Part shown: one piece after another, positions 1 through 7,205 of the stretch
Numbering within the stretch: position 1 is the stretch's first letter
Layout: every line of letters starts with the position of its first letter
Source of the DNA: a virus
Length of the DNA stretch: 30,518 nucleotides
Virus record (IMG/VR): IMGVR_UViG_3300045988_043100
Span: 1 to 30,518 of that record
Direction: 5' to 3' (one strand)
Translations under genes and position numbers: made by a program
The notes under the pieces: generated by a model
What the model saw: only the letters and a program-made list of their open reading frames with translations
Told to the model about the DNA's origin: nothing
Databases searched by the model: none

Positions 1-70
1 AGGTCGGCTCCACTCAGATCGGCTCCACTCAGGTCGGCTCCAATCAGGTCGGCTCCAATCAGGTTGGCTC
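1..70. repeat. 15-bp tandem repeat (aggtcggctccactc and variants, about 4.5 copies). The same array is present at 30440-30518. It is the coding sequence of pentapeptide repeats A(D/N)L(S/I)G on the minus strand.
   Basis: Periodicity read directly from the sequence. Minus-strand translation gives ANLIG-ADLIG-ADLSG-ADLSG. Confidence 0.9.
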
Positions 71-143
71 TCTCACCGCCTAGCTCCATATTCGTCCATT
101 TTTTGTGCTTTTCCAAGATCTCCTTCAGATTTTTTACACTCAT
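1..143 (-). CDS. 5' part of a pentapeptide-repeat protein gene that continues across the window junction into 30092-30518. Probable start is the ATG at 143 (MSVKNLKEILEKHKKWTNMELGGERANLIG...). An alternative ATG lies at 89.
   Basis: The minus-strand frame is open from the stop at 162-164 down to position 1, which is why it is under 60 aa inside the linear window and absent from the ORF track. A GAGGAGG sits 6 nt upstream of the ATG at 143. The frame is continuous with ORF 30092..30370 once the 54-nt terminal overlap is taken into account. Confidence 0.55.
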   Translation of the reverse strand, partial: MSVKNLKEILEKHKKWTNMELGGERANLIGADLIGADLSGADLSGAD

Positions 144-519
144 AACCATCCTCCTCAATCTCTACTTCCACCCGGGGCTTTTCCTTGTCGTACAGCACCC
201 GGCTGCCGTCGTGGGAAACTACAATGCCGCTGTGATCGTCCTCCAGGATGCCCCAATGCACCAGGGTATCGTCGATAGCTTCCAACAGGTTTGTCAGATC
301 GACCCTGCGCCTGGTCGCCATGTAAAACACCGCCTTGACGGTCACAGGCCGCTGTATCGGCTCTTTCGGCTTCGGCCTGAGAAAATACCCGGCAGAAGTC
401 TCGAAGTTCTTATAAGCCTGTGACGGGGCCACAAACGGCTTTCCGGTTTTCCGATTCACCAGGATGCGCTGGCTATTCTTCTTGCTCACTGGCGCAATGG
501 GAATTGTGTATTTGAGCAC
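73..519 (-). CDS. rusA: RusA-family Holliday junction resolvase (crossover junction endodeoxyribonuclease). GTG start at 519. The C-terminal tail overlaps the start of the pentapeptide gene.
   Basis: RusA-like motifs in the translation: SKKNSQRI, VDLTNLLEAIDDTLVHWGILEDD, VVSHDGSRV. GGAGGG lies 7 nt upstream of the GTG. The position after the replication genes is typical for phages. Confidence 0.8.
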   Translation of the reverse strand: MLKYTIPIAPVSKKNSQRILVNRKTGKPFVAPSQAYKNFETSAGYFLRPKPKEPIQRPVTVKAVFYMATRRRVDLTNLLEAIDDTLVHWGILEDDHSGIVVSHDGSRVLYDKEKPRVEVEIEEDGYECKKSEGDLGKAQKMDEYGARR

Positions 520-522
520 GAT

Positions 523-1062
523 TCATCCCTCCAACATCAAAGCCTTGGCAGCATCCAGCTCAAACCTTCTCACATCCTGGGGCAGCTTGGCTCTCTCTTT
601 CTCGTTTTCCTTCCTGGCCCGGAAGGACCGCTGGAAGTTGGACGCTACCACGCTCTGAAACGCTGCTTCGTCCATGCGCCCCCACTCTGTCAGCTGCACC
701 GGAGAGCCTACAATCTGCCGAACCTCCGGCGGAAGTTCACTGAACGACCTTTCTGCATTCGATGTGTTCACCGCCTTGGCGACCATCTGCCACGCCTCCT
801 GTTCGGTAAGCTGCTGCGGGTTCTGGATGCGCCAGATTTGCTCCTTCACAGCGCCAATAGCAGGAGGAAAGCCCTTTGTGTCGGTTGCGATCAGCCGTTT
901 TACCGCCGCCAGGACGATCTTCAGCGGATCGTCGGCAAACATACCAGCCCACAGGGTTACGGCGGATTTCTTTTCCGCCGGACCCATGCCCCGGTAAAAT
1001 TGGGGGTATGCTGCTGCCAGGATGTCCATCACAGCCGCCGTCTCCTTGGTGTTCATCGCCAT
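523..1062 (-). CDS. Phage replication protein with a replisome-organiser N-terminal-like domain (possible helicase loader/organiser). The start has been trimmed to the ATG at 1062 (MAMNTKETAAVMDILAAAYPQFY...).
   Basis: The long ORF 523..1386 contains an internal ATG at 1062 with GGAGGTG 6-7 nt upstream. The N-terminal 108 codons overlap the upstream gene, so they were trimmed. The motif YPxF...W...FPPxxAxIKE is typical of phage replisome organiser N-domains. Confidence 0.5.
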   Translation of the reverse strand: MAMNTKETAAVMDILAAAYPQFYRGMGPAEKKSAVTLWAGMFADDPLKIVLAAVKRLIATDTKGFPPAIGAVKEQIWRIQNPQQLTEQEAWQMVAKAVNTSNAERSFSELPPEVRQIVGSPVQLTEWGRMDEAAFQSVVASNFQRSFRARKENEKERAKLPQDVRRFELDAAKALMLEG

Positions 1063-1910
1063 GCACCTCCGGTTTCCATCTCTTCCGCCAGCGCTGAAAA
1101 ACTCTGGCCCCCAGACTGATCCTCCACAGCTTTTCTCGGGGCCCTGTTTTGCTCTCGGGCCAGCCAGCCGTTGACAAAGCGTCCAATGCCGGACGCTGTC
1201 TTGCGGTTTTTGGGGTTGCTGTTGAGCCAGCCACGCATATTGCGTAGCTGCTGGACGACATCCACGGCAGGGTACAGCTCCTGGAACTCGTCCACCTGGC
1301 TTTGAGTGATCCCGTACTCTTCGCCGTTGTTCAGGGAAAGGGAAATCACAAACGGTTCCGCTTCGCCGTCGGCGGCTGCATCGCACGGCGCCGAACTATC
1401 TTCTGTCTTCTGTATTCTGCTTTCTGTTTCTGCTTTCTGTATTCTGTCTTCTGTATTCTGTCTTCTGTATTCTGTATTGGCATACCCTTTGGCTAACCGT
1501 TCCGAAACGGTATCGAGCAGAAGAGAATACGGTTTGTCCATGGCGTTCAAAATGTCCGCAAAGCATTGAAACAACTGGGTTTCGGGCAAATCAAGAAAAA
1601 CAGAGCAGGCCTTTTTCTCGACATTGGTGTTGTCCATAGGATTTGTTTTCAAGAAATCCACAAGCAAAACCATTTCTTCGGCTTTGTCATAGGCCAAAAG
1701 CCCCGCTTTTTCCAGCTCGTGAAACCCTTTCGAAACGGTTTCGATACTCATGCAAAGGTCTGCGGAACAGTATTCGAAGGGTATGTAATACAGTCCGATC
1801 ATGTTACGGTGAGGGCAAGTAAACAGATACAAATACAGTATTTTGGCGCTATCGGAAATCCGTTTTTGCTTCATCTGGCGCCATGTGATATCGTCGATTT
1901 TGGTATACAT
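1053..1910 (-). CDS. Putative phage replication initiator with a winged-helix N-terminal domain and a conserved C-terminal W..NP.KRKT..G..F..WL motif. An internal 7-aa-period repeat linker is encoded by a 7-nt DNA repeat. The start has been trimmed to the ATG at 1910 (MYTKIDDITW...).
   Basis: AGGAGG lies 6 nt upstream of the ATG at 1910. The architecture matches phage Rep/DnaD-like replication proteins. The stop overlaps the start of the next gene. Confidence 0.5.
   Translation of the reverse strand: MYTKIDDITWRQMKQKRISDSAKILYLYLFTCPHRNMIGLYYIPFEYCSADLCMSIETVSKGFHELEKAGLLAYDKAEEMVLLVDFLKTNPMDNTNVEKKACSVFLDLPETQLFQCFADILNAMDKPYSLLLDTVSERLAKGYANTEYRRQNTEDRIQKAETESRIQKTEDSSAPCDAAADGEAEPFVISLSLNNGEEYGITQSQVDEFQELYPAVDVVQQLRNMRGWLNSNPKNRKTASGIGRFVNGWLAREQNRAPRKAVEDQSGGQSFSALAEEMETGGAWR
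1395..1480. repeat. About 12 tandem copies of the heptanucleotide t(c/a)ttctg, which equals cagaa(g/t)a on the coding strand, inside the replication initiator gene. It encodes the Q/E/R/K-rich linker ...YRRQNTEDRIQKAETESRIQKTEDS...
   Basis: Seen directly in the sequence. Confidence 0.85.
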
Positions 1911-1953
1911 ATAGCCTCCTGAGGGCAACTCAAGTGAGCCGCCCATATCATGG

Positions 1954-2223
1954 TTACTGCTCCTCTTTGATGCGGTCCAATGTGCGGATCATCTTCCGTT
2001 CTGCGATATCCTGGATAGTGTCCTCATGGTTGGTGAGGTAAGCGATCTGATCCAGCATATTGTAAGCATCGGCGATCTCTTCGTAGATTCCGCCTTCGCC
2101 GGAAAATGTCCTGGAGTGGATCGCTATATAGAGTTCCTCCAGTTCTTCCAGTGTTTTATGCAGCTGGGCGTCCAGTCCGTAGTGATCGGCCACGGCAGTG
2201 AGGTTGTCGTAGTGATTACTCAT
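1954..2223 (-). CDS. Small MazG-like nucleotide pyrophosphohydrolase-family protein (tentative). The start has been trimmed to the ATG at 2223 (MSNHYDNL...).
   Basis: The motif LEELEELYIAI...EEIADAYNMLDQIA resembles the EExxE...E..D metal-binding helices of the MazG/HisE superfamily. AAGGAG lies upstream of the ATG at 2223. The gene is embedded in the recombination/replication module. Confidence 0.4.
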   Translation of the reverse strand: MSNHYDNLTAVADHYGLDAQLHKTLEELEELYIAIHSRTFSGEGGIYEEIADAYNMLDQIAYLTNHEDTIQDIAERKMIRTLDRIKEEQ

Positions 2224-3025
2224 GGCGCTGCTCCTTATCGTCAAAAATCACTTCGCCGCTGTTCTCGTCCACGGTGTACTCGGCATCGACAGTTTCATTG
2301 GGCACCGCAAACATATCAGCGTCGATCTCGGTTTTGATGCTTTCGTCGGCACTCAGCTGCCGGGTGAAGTCGCTCTTCAAAGGAGCGTATTTCAGAGCCT
2401 TTTTCAGCACAGTCTTTTTTGCCATTTCTTCGAAATTAGTCTGCCAGGGACCGTTGTTGAACGACTTGCTGTACCGCTTTGCGTGGGCTCTTGCGTCCTC
2501 CACGCTCATTACCTCAAAACCAAAACCGCCGTCTTTGGTTTTGAAGATAGCGTAAAACCATACCGGCTCGCCCCGGTCTGCCTTTGCTGGGATATGCTTG
2601 AGGGAGGGCTCCAGGCCGAAGGAAAAATCAAAGGTGTCATTTGCGTAAACGGTATGGGCCTGGATTGTGGAAACCTGGCCGCTGCGGTACGCAAGATCAA
2701 TCAGGCCCTTGTATCCCAGCTGAAACTGGCATTCCAGGATGCCATGATTTTTGAAGGGGATCAGATAAGCCTGACCCAGCGGGGTGTTGGGCTCCATGCC
2801 AAGCTGAGCCGCCGTCATCATGGCGCCCAAGAAAGACTGGGGCGTGGTTTCTGCCAGCTTGGGATTGGCGGAAAGGGCAGAAAGGACGATCCGGGTAAAC
2901 CGCTCCGGCGTCAGCACCGAAGGAAGTGCCTTGGCAATCTCACCTTTCATCCGCTCGATGTACTGCTGCATGGTCTTGCGCTCCGGGGCCAGGTTGGCCG
3001 CCGCCTTCTGAATTGCTCCTACCAT
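2216..3025 (-). CDS. recT: RecT-family single-strand annealing recombinase.
   Basis: Characteristic RecT sequence: ...LIPFKNHGILECQFQLGYKGLIDLAYRSGQV..., AIFKTKDGG...EVMSVEDARAHAKRYS. AGGAGG RBS present. Immediately downstream of the YqaJ-type exonuclease, the classic exo-recT pair. Confidence 0.85.
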   Translation of the reverse strand: MVGAIQKAAANLAPERKTMQQYIERMKGEIAKALPSVLTPERFTRIVLSALSANPKLAETTPQSFLGAMMTAAQLGMEPNTPLGQAYLIPFKNHGILECQFQLGYKGLIDLAYRSGQVSTIQAHTVYANDTFDFSFGLEPSLKHIPAKADRGEPVWFYAIFKTKDGGFGFEVMSVEDARAHAKRYSKSFNNGPWQTNFEEMAKKTVLKKALKYAPLKSDFTRQLSADESIKTEIDADMFAVPNETVDAEYTVDENSGEVIFDDKEQRHE

Positions 3026-3027
3026 TG

Positions 3028-3966
3028 TTATTTCCTCCTGATTTCAAATTTTCTAAATTGTGATGTTTTGAAGTAGGGTTCCAAATCCATGTCCGGGTGA
3101 TCTTCGGAAAACTGGCCGGCATCAAAAGTGCGTTTGCTCTGCATGGGCCATCGGATTTTTCTTTCTCCGCAAATCCCGGTTTCGGCAACGCCAAGATCGG
3201 CCATGAAAATCTGCTTGATCTCTTCCAGCCGAAGATCAATGGCGTTTTTCTGCTCTCGCAGATCATCCCACTCGGCAAGCAGCGGCTCCCGGCCAAGCAA
3301 CTCAACGGTTGCTCCGACTGGATCGCTGTACTCCGCAGACAGGGCCTTTGTGGTGGGCTCTCTGCCGTCAACTGCCGGGGGAGTGTTGTTTTCCACCTTG
3401 GACCAAAAGCCTTGCTCTGCGACCATCAGGGCGTCTATTTCGGCCTGATCTCTCTCAACAGTGAAATGGTAAAACCCCTGGTTAAGCACCAGCACAGCAA
3501 GATACCAACGATCTGCACCGGTGACGGCCATGTAGTGGACGCACTGAGCATAGTATTGCTCAGGGTACTCGCCGTTTTTAAACTTCTTCAGCTGCATGAT
3601 GGAAGTGGTCTTGCACTCAAGTCCGGCGTTTTCGCCGACCACATCCCGGTCGATATTGGCGTGAGCCCACGGATACTTGGCATTTTTCAAAATGGCGCTG
3701 AGACGCCGCACCTTTTTCCCTGTGGCCTCCTGCCAACGATCCGCAACATACTTCTCCAGGTCTCTTCCTTGCCGCATGGCTTCATTATCTTCCTTCGGGG
3801 CGGTCTTGCCCGTCTTTTCGCACCAGAGAGAGTAGGGAGTAACCCAGGGGCTCATGCCGACGATTGCGGCGGCGTCGCTGCCGCCGATGCTCTTGCTCCG
3901 TTCCAGCAGCCACTGACTGTGGCTCATGTTGCTGGTGGAGATTCTTTCAACAGTCTTCGATATCAT
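3028..3966 (-). CDS. YqaJ-like viral recombinase-domain exonuclease (lambda Exo-like, PD-(D/E)XK). The start has been trimmed to the ATG at 3966.
   Basis: Motif SKSIGGSDAAAIVGMSPWVTPYSLWCEKTG is typical of the YqaJ/lambda exonuclease family. GGAGG lies 9 nt upstream of the ATG at 3966. Partner of the recT gene. Confidence 0.8.
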   Translation of the reverse strand: MISKTVERISTSNMSHSQWLLERSKSIGGSDAAAIVGMSPWVTPYSLWCEKTGKTAPKEDNEAMRQGRDLEKYVADRWQEATGKKVRRLSAILKNAKYPWAHANIDRDVVGENAGLECKTTSIMQLKKFKNGEYPEQYYAQCVHYMAVTGADRWYLAVLVLNQGFYHFTVERDQAEIDALMVAEQGFWSKVENNTPPAVDGREPTTKALSAEYSDPVGATVELLGREPLLAEWDDLREQKNAIDLRLEEIKQIFMADLGVAETGICGERKIRWPMQSKRTFDAGQFSEDHPDMDLEPYFKTSQFRKFEIRRK

Positions 3967-4147
3967 CCTGGATAACCTCCAACACATCCTTTTTTCGAAT
4001 GCACTGATCGCAGCCGACCACATCGCCGGTGGATGCGACCAAATACAAGTCCTCGCATACCCGGCCACACACGGGGCACTGGATCACCGGTTCGGGCCGA
4101 TTGGGGCAGCCGGGGGCGCAGGGGGATTGCAAGCAGATATCACACAT
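3947..4147 (-). CDS. Small Cys-rich protein (multiple CxxC pairs; putative zinc ribbon).
   Basis: The 66-aa ORF contains CDIC, CAPGC, CPVCG and CDQC. Codon usage is consistent with its neighbours. Translationally coupled to adjacent genes. Confidence 0.5.
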   Translation of the reverse strand: MCDICLQSPCAPGCPNRPEPVIQCPVCGRVCEDLYLVASTGDVVGCDQCIRKKDVLEVIQDDIEDC

Positions 4148-4331
4148 GATGCTCGCCCTCCTTTTTTACCGTGTCCCAGCAGATGCGATTGATTTCGCTG
4201 TCGGCCAGTATGCCGGCTGTCAGCGGGACGGCGCAGTCCTGGCCGAATTCGCACCACCAAGCGCATTTATCTTCAGCGCATGTCTTTCCGGTCATGGGGC
4301 AAATCTTACCCTTTGCGCTTTCCATATTCAT
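4140..4331 (-). CDS. Small Cys-rich hypothetical protein.
   Basis: The 63-aa ORF carries 8 Cys in a tight operon arrangement. Confidence 0.45.
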   Translation of the reverse strand: MNMESAKGKICPMTGKTCAEDKCAWWCEFGQDCAVPLTAGILADSEINRICWDTVKKEGEHHV

Positions 4332-4488
4332 CCTCCTTGTCCAATTCCTTACAAAGCAGCCGGATCGCCCCGGCCAGGACGGCCATATAGGGCAGGGACA
4401 GCCAGCTCAGCTGCTCGATCTCACGACAGGCCATCAGACCCAAAAAGAACAGGGCCGAAACCCAGGCTGTGTACTTTAAAGCCTTCAT
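4306..4488 (-). CDS. Small membrane protein (one or two predicted transmembrane helices).
   Basis: Hydrophobic segments VSALFFLGLMA and MAVLAGAIRLL. Overlaps its neighbours in operon fashion. Confidence 0.4.
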   Translation of the reverse strand: MKALKYTAWVSALFFLGLMACREIEQLSWLSLPYMAVLAGAIRLLCKELDKEDEYGKRKG

Positions 4489-4694
4489 TCCTGCACGCCC
4501 CCTTCCATCCAGCGGACAAAAGCCCGGCGGGGGATTCTGGTGCGGGTGCCCTGCACGCTCACGGGGAAGCCCAGGGCATCGGGGTTTTCCCGGGCCTGGA
4601 TGCGGATACTCTGCGGGTCGCAGCCGATCACTTGGGCCACGACAGCCGGAGAAATGAACTCCTTATCCATGGCCTTGATATCATTAAGCGTCAT
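4485..4694 (-). CDS. Excisionase/MerR-type (HTH_17-like) DNA-binding protein.
   Basis: Motif AVVAQVIGCDPQSIRIQARENPDALGFPV...RIPRRAFVRWMEG matches Xis/AlpA-like HTH domains. Confidence 0.55.
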   Translation of the reverse strand: MTLNDIKAMDKEFISPAVVAQVIGCDPQSIRIQARENPDALGFPVSVQGTRTRIPRRAFVRWMEGGVQE

Positions 4695-4782
4695 GCTTTT
4701 CCCTCCATTCCTTCAAAATTCCTTCATATTCCGGCCACCGGTTGGGCCAGATGGGCCTACGAATAGGCCATGTGCTGAACAC

Positions 4783-5007
4783 CTATCCGCAGATGATCAG
4801 AAAGGCAATGAAGCCAAACATCAGAGCCGAAAAGGCAAACACGGCCAGGCCAGCCATGAACATCTGGATCATCTCCATCTTCTGACGGGCGGTCAGGCGA
4901 TTGCTGTCGCAGCGGGAGACGCCAGCGGCGTCCATGACCTTGTCCACATCCCTTGCGCTCTGGCGGATGTCGTGGACGACCTGGTTAAATTTGCGATTAT
5001 CTTTCAT
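4783..5007 (-). CDS. Small protein with a C-terminal transmembrane helix.
   Basis: AAGGAGGA lies 7 nt upstream. C-terminal hydrophobic stretch AGLAVFAFSALMFGFIAFLII. Confidence 0.5.
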   Translation of the reverse strand: MKDNRKFNQVVHDIRQSARDVDKVMDAAGVSRCDSNRLTARQKMEMIQMFMAGLAVFAFSALMFGFIAFLIICG

Positions 5008-5093
5008 AAAAAATCCTCCTTGCCTTGTGGCCGGCAGGAGGATGTGGTATAATTCTCCCGCGGGCCTGTTGGATGCTTCAATAGGTTCCGCTG

Positions 5094-5139
5094 CCCTTGC
5101 TGGTGGTGGTGCACCGGCAGGGGCTTTTATTTTGTTTCC
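5094..5139 (+). terminator. GC-rich 12-bp stem hairpin (perfect on the plus strand with two G-U pairs) followed by a T-rich tract. It lies just downstream (minus sense) of the cro-like gene stop. It is a plus-strand or bidirectional terminator candidate.
   Basis: Arms cccttgctggtg and caccggcagggg with loop gtggtg, then cttttattttgtttcc. Confidence 0.4.
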
Positions 5140-5318
5140 TTCAGCAGATTGTCGATGGTAACGCCGAAGAAGTCGGCGACCAGCTTGATGTTGTTGACAC
5201 TGGGGGAGACCCTATCCCATTTGTAGATGGTTCCGAAACCAAGGCCGACTTCTTTTTCAAGAGCGGTAATATTGGTTTTTCTCTCCCGGCAAAGAGCCTT
5301 GATGTTATCGAGAATCAA
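5127..5318 (-). CDS. Cro-like HTH XRE-family transcriptional regulator.
   Basis: The HTH_3 signature ALCRERKTNITALEKEVGLGFGTIYKWD and the C-terminal FFGVTIDNLL are typical. It is divergent from the CI-like repressor. Confidence 0.75.
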   Translation of the reverse strand: MILDNIKALCRERKTNITALEKEVGLGFGTIYKWDRVSPSVNNIKLVADFFGVTIDNLLKETK

Positions 5319-5344
5319 AGTATCACCTCTTCTGTTAAGTAAAG

Positions 5345-5485
5345 CTATTTCAGCAATTCGGCCAAAGCCTGCGCAACCCCCGGGAGAACCGATACTTCTT
5401 CCTCGGGTGCGTTAGGCTTTGTAGCCCTCTCCACAAAAGAGACAAGAGCTTCTTCCAGCCTGGCCCGAACAGTTTTTTCATCCAT
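5345..5485 (-). CDS. Unannotated 46-aa ORF (MDEKTVRARLEEALVSFVERATKPNAPEEEVSVLPGVAQALAELLK). It is the first gene of the leftward early operon.
   Basis: Not in the ORF track because it is under 60 aa. TAAGGAGGAA lies 6 nt upstream of the ATG at 5485. Immediately downstream of the leftward consensus promoter. Confidence 0.4.
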   Translation of the reverse strand: MDEKTVRARLEEALVSFVERATKPNAPEEEVSVLPGVAQALAELLK

Positions 5486-5603
5486 TCCTATTCCTCCTTA
5501 TTTCTTGACGGGAATCGGTATATGCTAATATCGTGTTGGAGGCACAACTGCATATGTTCCGATAAGGCCCGCATTTTATGGGGGCTTGGTTTTTCGTCGC
5601 CCC

Positions 5604-5641
5604 ACACCCTTATTATATTTGAGTATATTCAAGTTGTCAAC
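5604..5641 (-). promoter_or_regulatory. Leftward early promoter with perfect consensus -35 TTGACA (rc of 5635-5640) and -10 TATAAT (rc of 5612-5617), 17-nt spacer. The spacer contains a 12-bp quasi-palindrome TGAGTATATTCA (operator candidate).
   Basis: The minus strand reads gTTGACAacttgaatatactcaaaTATAATaag. The intergenic region 5486-5684 separates the divergent cro-like and CI-like genes. A rightward TTGACG ... TAATAT element is also present around 5504-5531. Confidence 0.6.
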
Positions 5642-5684
5642 AGAGTGTTGGGACATTTTCAAATTTTGTTAAGGGAGGGATTTT

Positions 5685-5999
5685 ATGCCCATTGTTTCTG
5701 TTTTGGAAAGGCTTTGCAAAGAAAACGGAACTACAATCACTGCGTTAGAAAGAAAATGCGGCTTCAGCCTTGGTTCAATAAGAAAATGGGATGCCCATGC
5801 ACCAACAATTCCGAAATTGGAAGCGGTTGCGAAAGAACTTGGTACAACGGTTTCCTATATAATTGGTGAAAAAAATCCCGCCTCCGGAAATGGAGACGGG
5901 ATCAGCGAGCATGATGTCAGGCTTCTTGAGTGGTTCCACTCTCTGCCCGAAGAAAAGCGGCGAGCAATCCTAGAGATTGCAGGCGGGCCAAAAGAATAG
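5685..5999 (+). CDS. CI-like HTH XRE-family repressor.
   Basis: HTH_3 motif LERLCKENGTTITALERKCGFSLGSIRKWD. AAGGGAGGG RBS present. Divergent from cro and located upstream of the integrase. Confidence 0.75.
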   Translation: MPIVSVLERLCKENGTTITALERKCGFSLGSIRKWDAHAPTIPKLEAVAKELGTTVSYIIGEKNPASGNGDGISEHDVRLLEWFHSLPEEKRRAILEIAGGPKE

Positions 6000-6269
6000 G
6001 CCGCAGCTCGTCAGATTCGACGATTGATAAAAAAATCTTGTCTTCTTCCACATTCCTCACCTCTTTTTCCTTTATATTACACCTTGCAAAATGTCGAATA
6101 AAATCGAAATATGTGGGAAAAGGAAAATCTTTCTTGCATTTCAAATTATAGAACATTTGTTCTGTTTGTTCAATGCGCAATAGTCTACAAAAATAATATT
6201 TGATTTTTTAGGTTCAAAATTTTCGGTAGTCCGTACAATGGGACTGTTGCAAAAGGATGGTGAAATTAG

Positions 6270-6938
6270 GTGAGATTCTTTGAATTTTTCAAAAAGAATA
6301 TTGGAAACAAAGCAAGATGCGAAAAGCAAATAGAAAATCCTATACAAGAAAAAGAATCTGCTGTGATATCTATCACGAAGGACGATATGATCCCGTTCAA
6401 CATGCTTCCGTTTCATTTTAATGGGCCATATACAGATGTAAGAAATGAAAAAGGGAAGCCATGTATGTACATGGATTTGGATAAAATGAATCAGGCTGTG
6501 GCTACAAAAGAGCTAGAAAATATCAATTTGTATATTAGGGAAAGCGCTCACTATTATGATTCAATACCTGATGATCTGGAAATACCGATAAAATCTATTA
6601 TGTATAAAAAGTATTCGGAAAGCTACGGCTATAGCAAGCTAAAGTGCACTCCAAAAACAAAGACGGGAAAGCAGTCAAAAATTCCGCTTGAATTTGTGTT
6701 TATGACAAAACTTTTTCCACCGGATTATAAAGAAACAAAAGATGGATTTGAGCAAGTGCACCACGATACAACGACGGGTGAGTTATACTACGGTCATGAT
6801 GGTTCGGTTTTAAAAGGGAAAGTAAATTTTTGGAGACAAGGAAAAGGATATTTTTATGAGCTAAATACAGTTGGAAGAACGCTTTTAATTACAAAAATTA
6901 ACGCAACTTCCAGCGGAATTGTGTATGAATTTAAATAA
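6270..6938 (+). CDS. Hypothetical 222-aa protein encoded in markedly AT-rich DNA (moron/accessory gene). GTG start at 6270; an alternative start is at M40.
   Basis: Long ORF in an AT-rich island (6000-7200) between the repressor and integrase. No recognisable domain. Confidence 0.5.
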   Translation: MRFFEFFKKNIGNKARCEKQIENPIQEKESAVISITKDDMIPFNMLPFHFNGPYTDVRNEKGKPCMYMDLDKMNQAVATKELENINLYIRESAHYYDSIPDDLEIPIKSIMYKKYSESYGYSKLKCTPKTKTGKQSKIPLEFVFMTKLFPPDYKETKDGFEQVHHDTTTGELYYGHDGSVLKGKVNFWRQGKGYFYELNTVGRTLLITKINATSSGIVYEFK

Positions 6939-6951
6939 GGAGAGGTTAAAA

Positions 6952-7200
6952 ATGGTGTGTCCAAAGTGCGGGAGCGAAAACATTAAAATCGAAATGATGC
7001 AGACTTCGGCCAAAACATCAAAAGCCGGGAATGGTGTCTTGGGCCATGTGAACAATGCGGCTAGGGGAATGACCGCACTGTGTACCTTTGGAATGTCCAA
7101 TTTGGTTTGGAAAAAGGCAGAAGGCAGCGAAAAGACAAAATACAAAAACGAAAAAGTTTGCGTCTGCCAGAACTGCGGAAACTCTTGGCCGATCAAGTAA
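6952..7200 (+). CDS. Small zinc-ribbon protein with CPKCG and CQNCG at either end of a hydrophobic core. The start has been trimmed to the ATG at 6952 (MVCPKCGSENIK...).
   Basis: TAAGGAGAGG lies 6 nt upstream of the ATG at 6952. Its 3' end is followed by a strong terminator. It begins 14 nt after the stop of the previous gene. Confidence 0.55.
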   Translation: MVCPKCGSENIKIEMMQTSAKTSKAGNGVLGHVNNAARGMTALCTFGMSNLVWKKAEGSEKTKYKNEKVCVCQNCGNSWPIK

Positions 7201-7205
7201 AATCA

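Noticed and set aside
1-70. The terminal tandem repeats as a CRISPR array or as att direct repeats.
   Set aside because: Units are 15 bp, contiguous and without spacers. They are in-frame coding sequence for pentapeptide repeats. The exact 54-nt identity of the two ends is better explained by a circular-contig overlap, and int/attP are mid-window.
5917-6180. Minus-strand 87-aa ORF overlapping the 3' end of cI.
   Set aside because: It is antisense to the CI-like gene and lacks an RBS.
6141-6416. Minus-strand 91-aa ORF in the AT-rich island.
   Set aside because: It overlaps the start of the better-supported plus-strand gene and there are no minus-strand genes nearby. AT-rich DNA yields spurious ORFs full of F, I, K and N.
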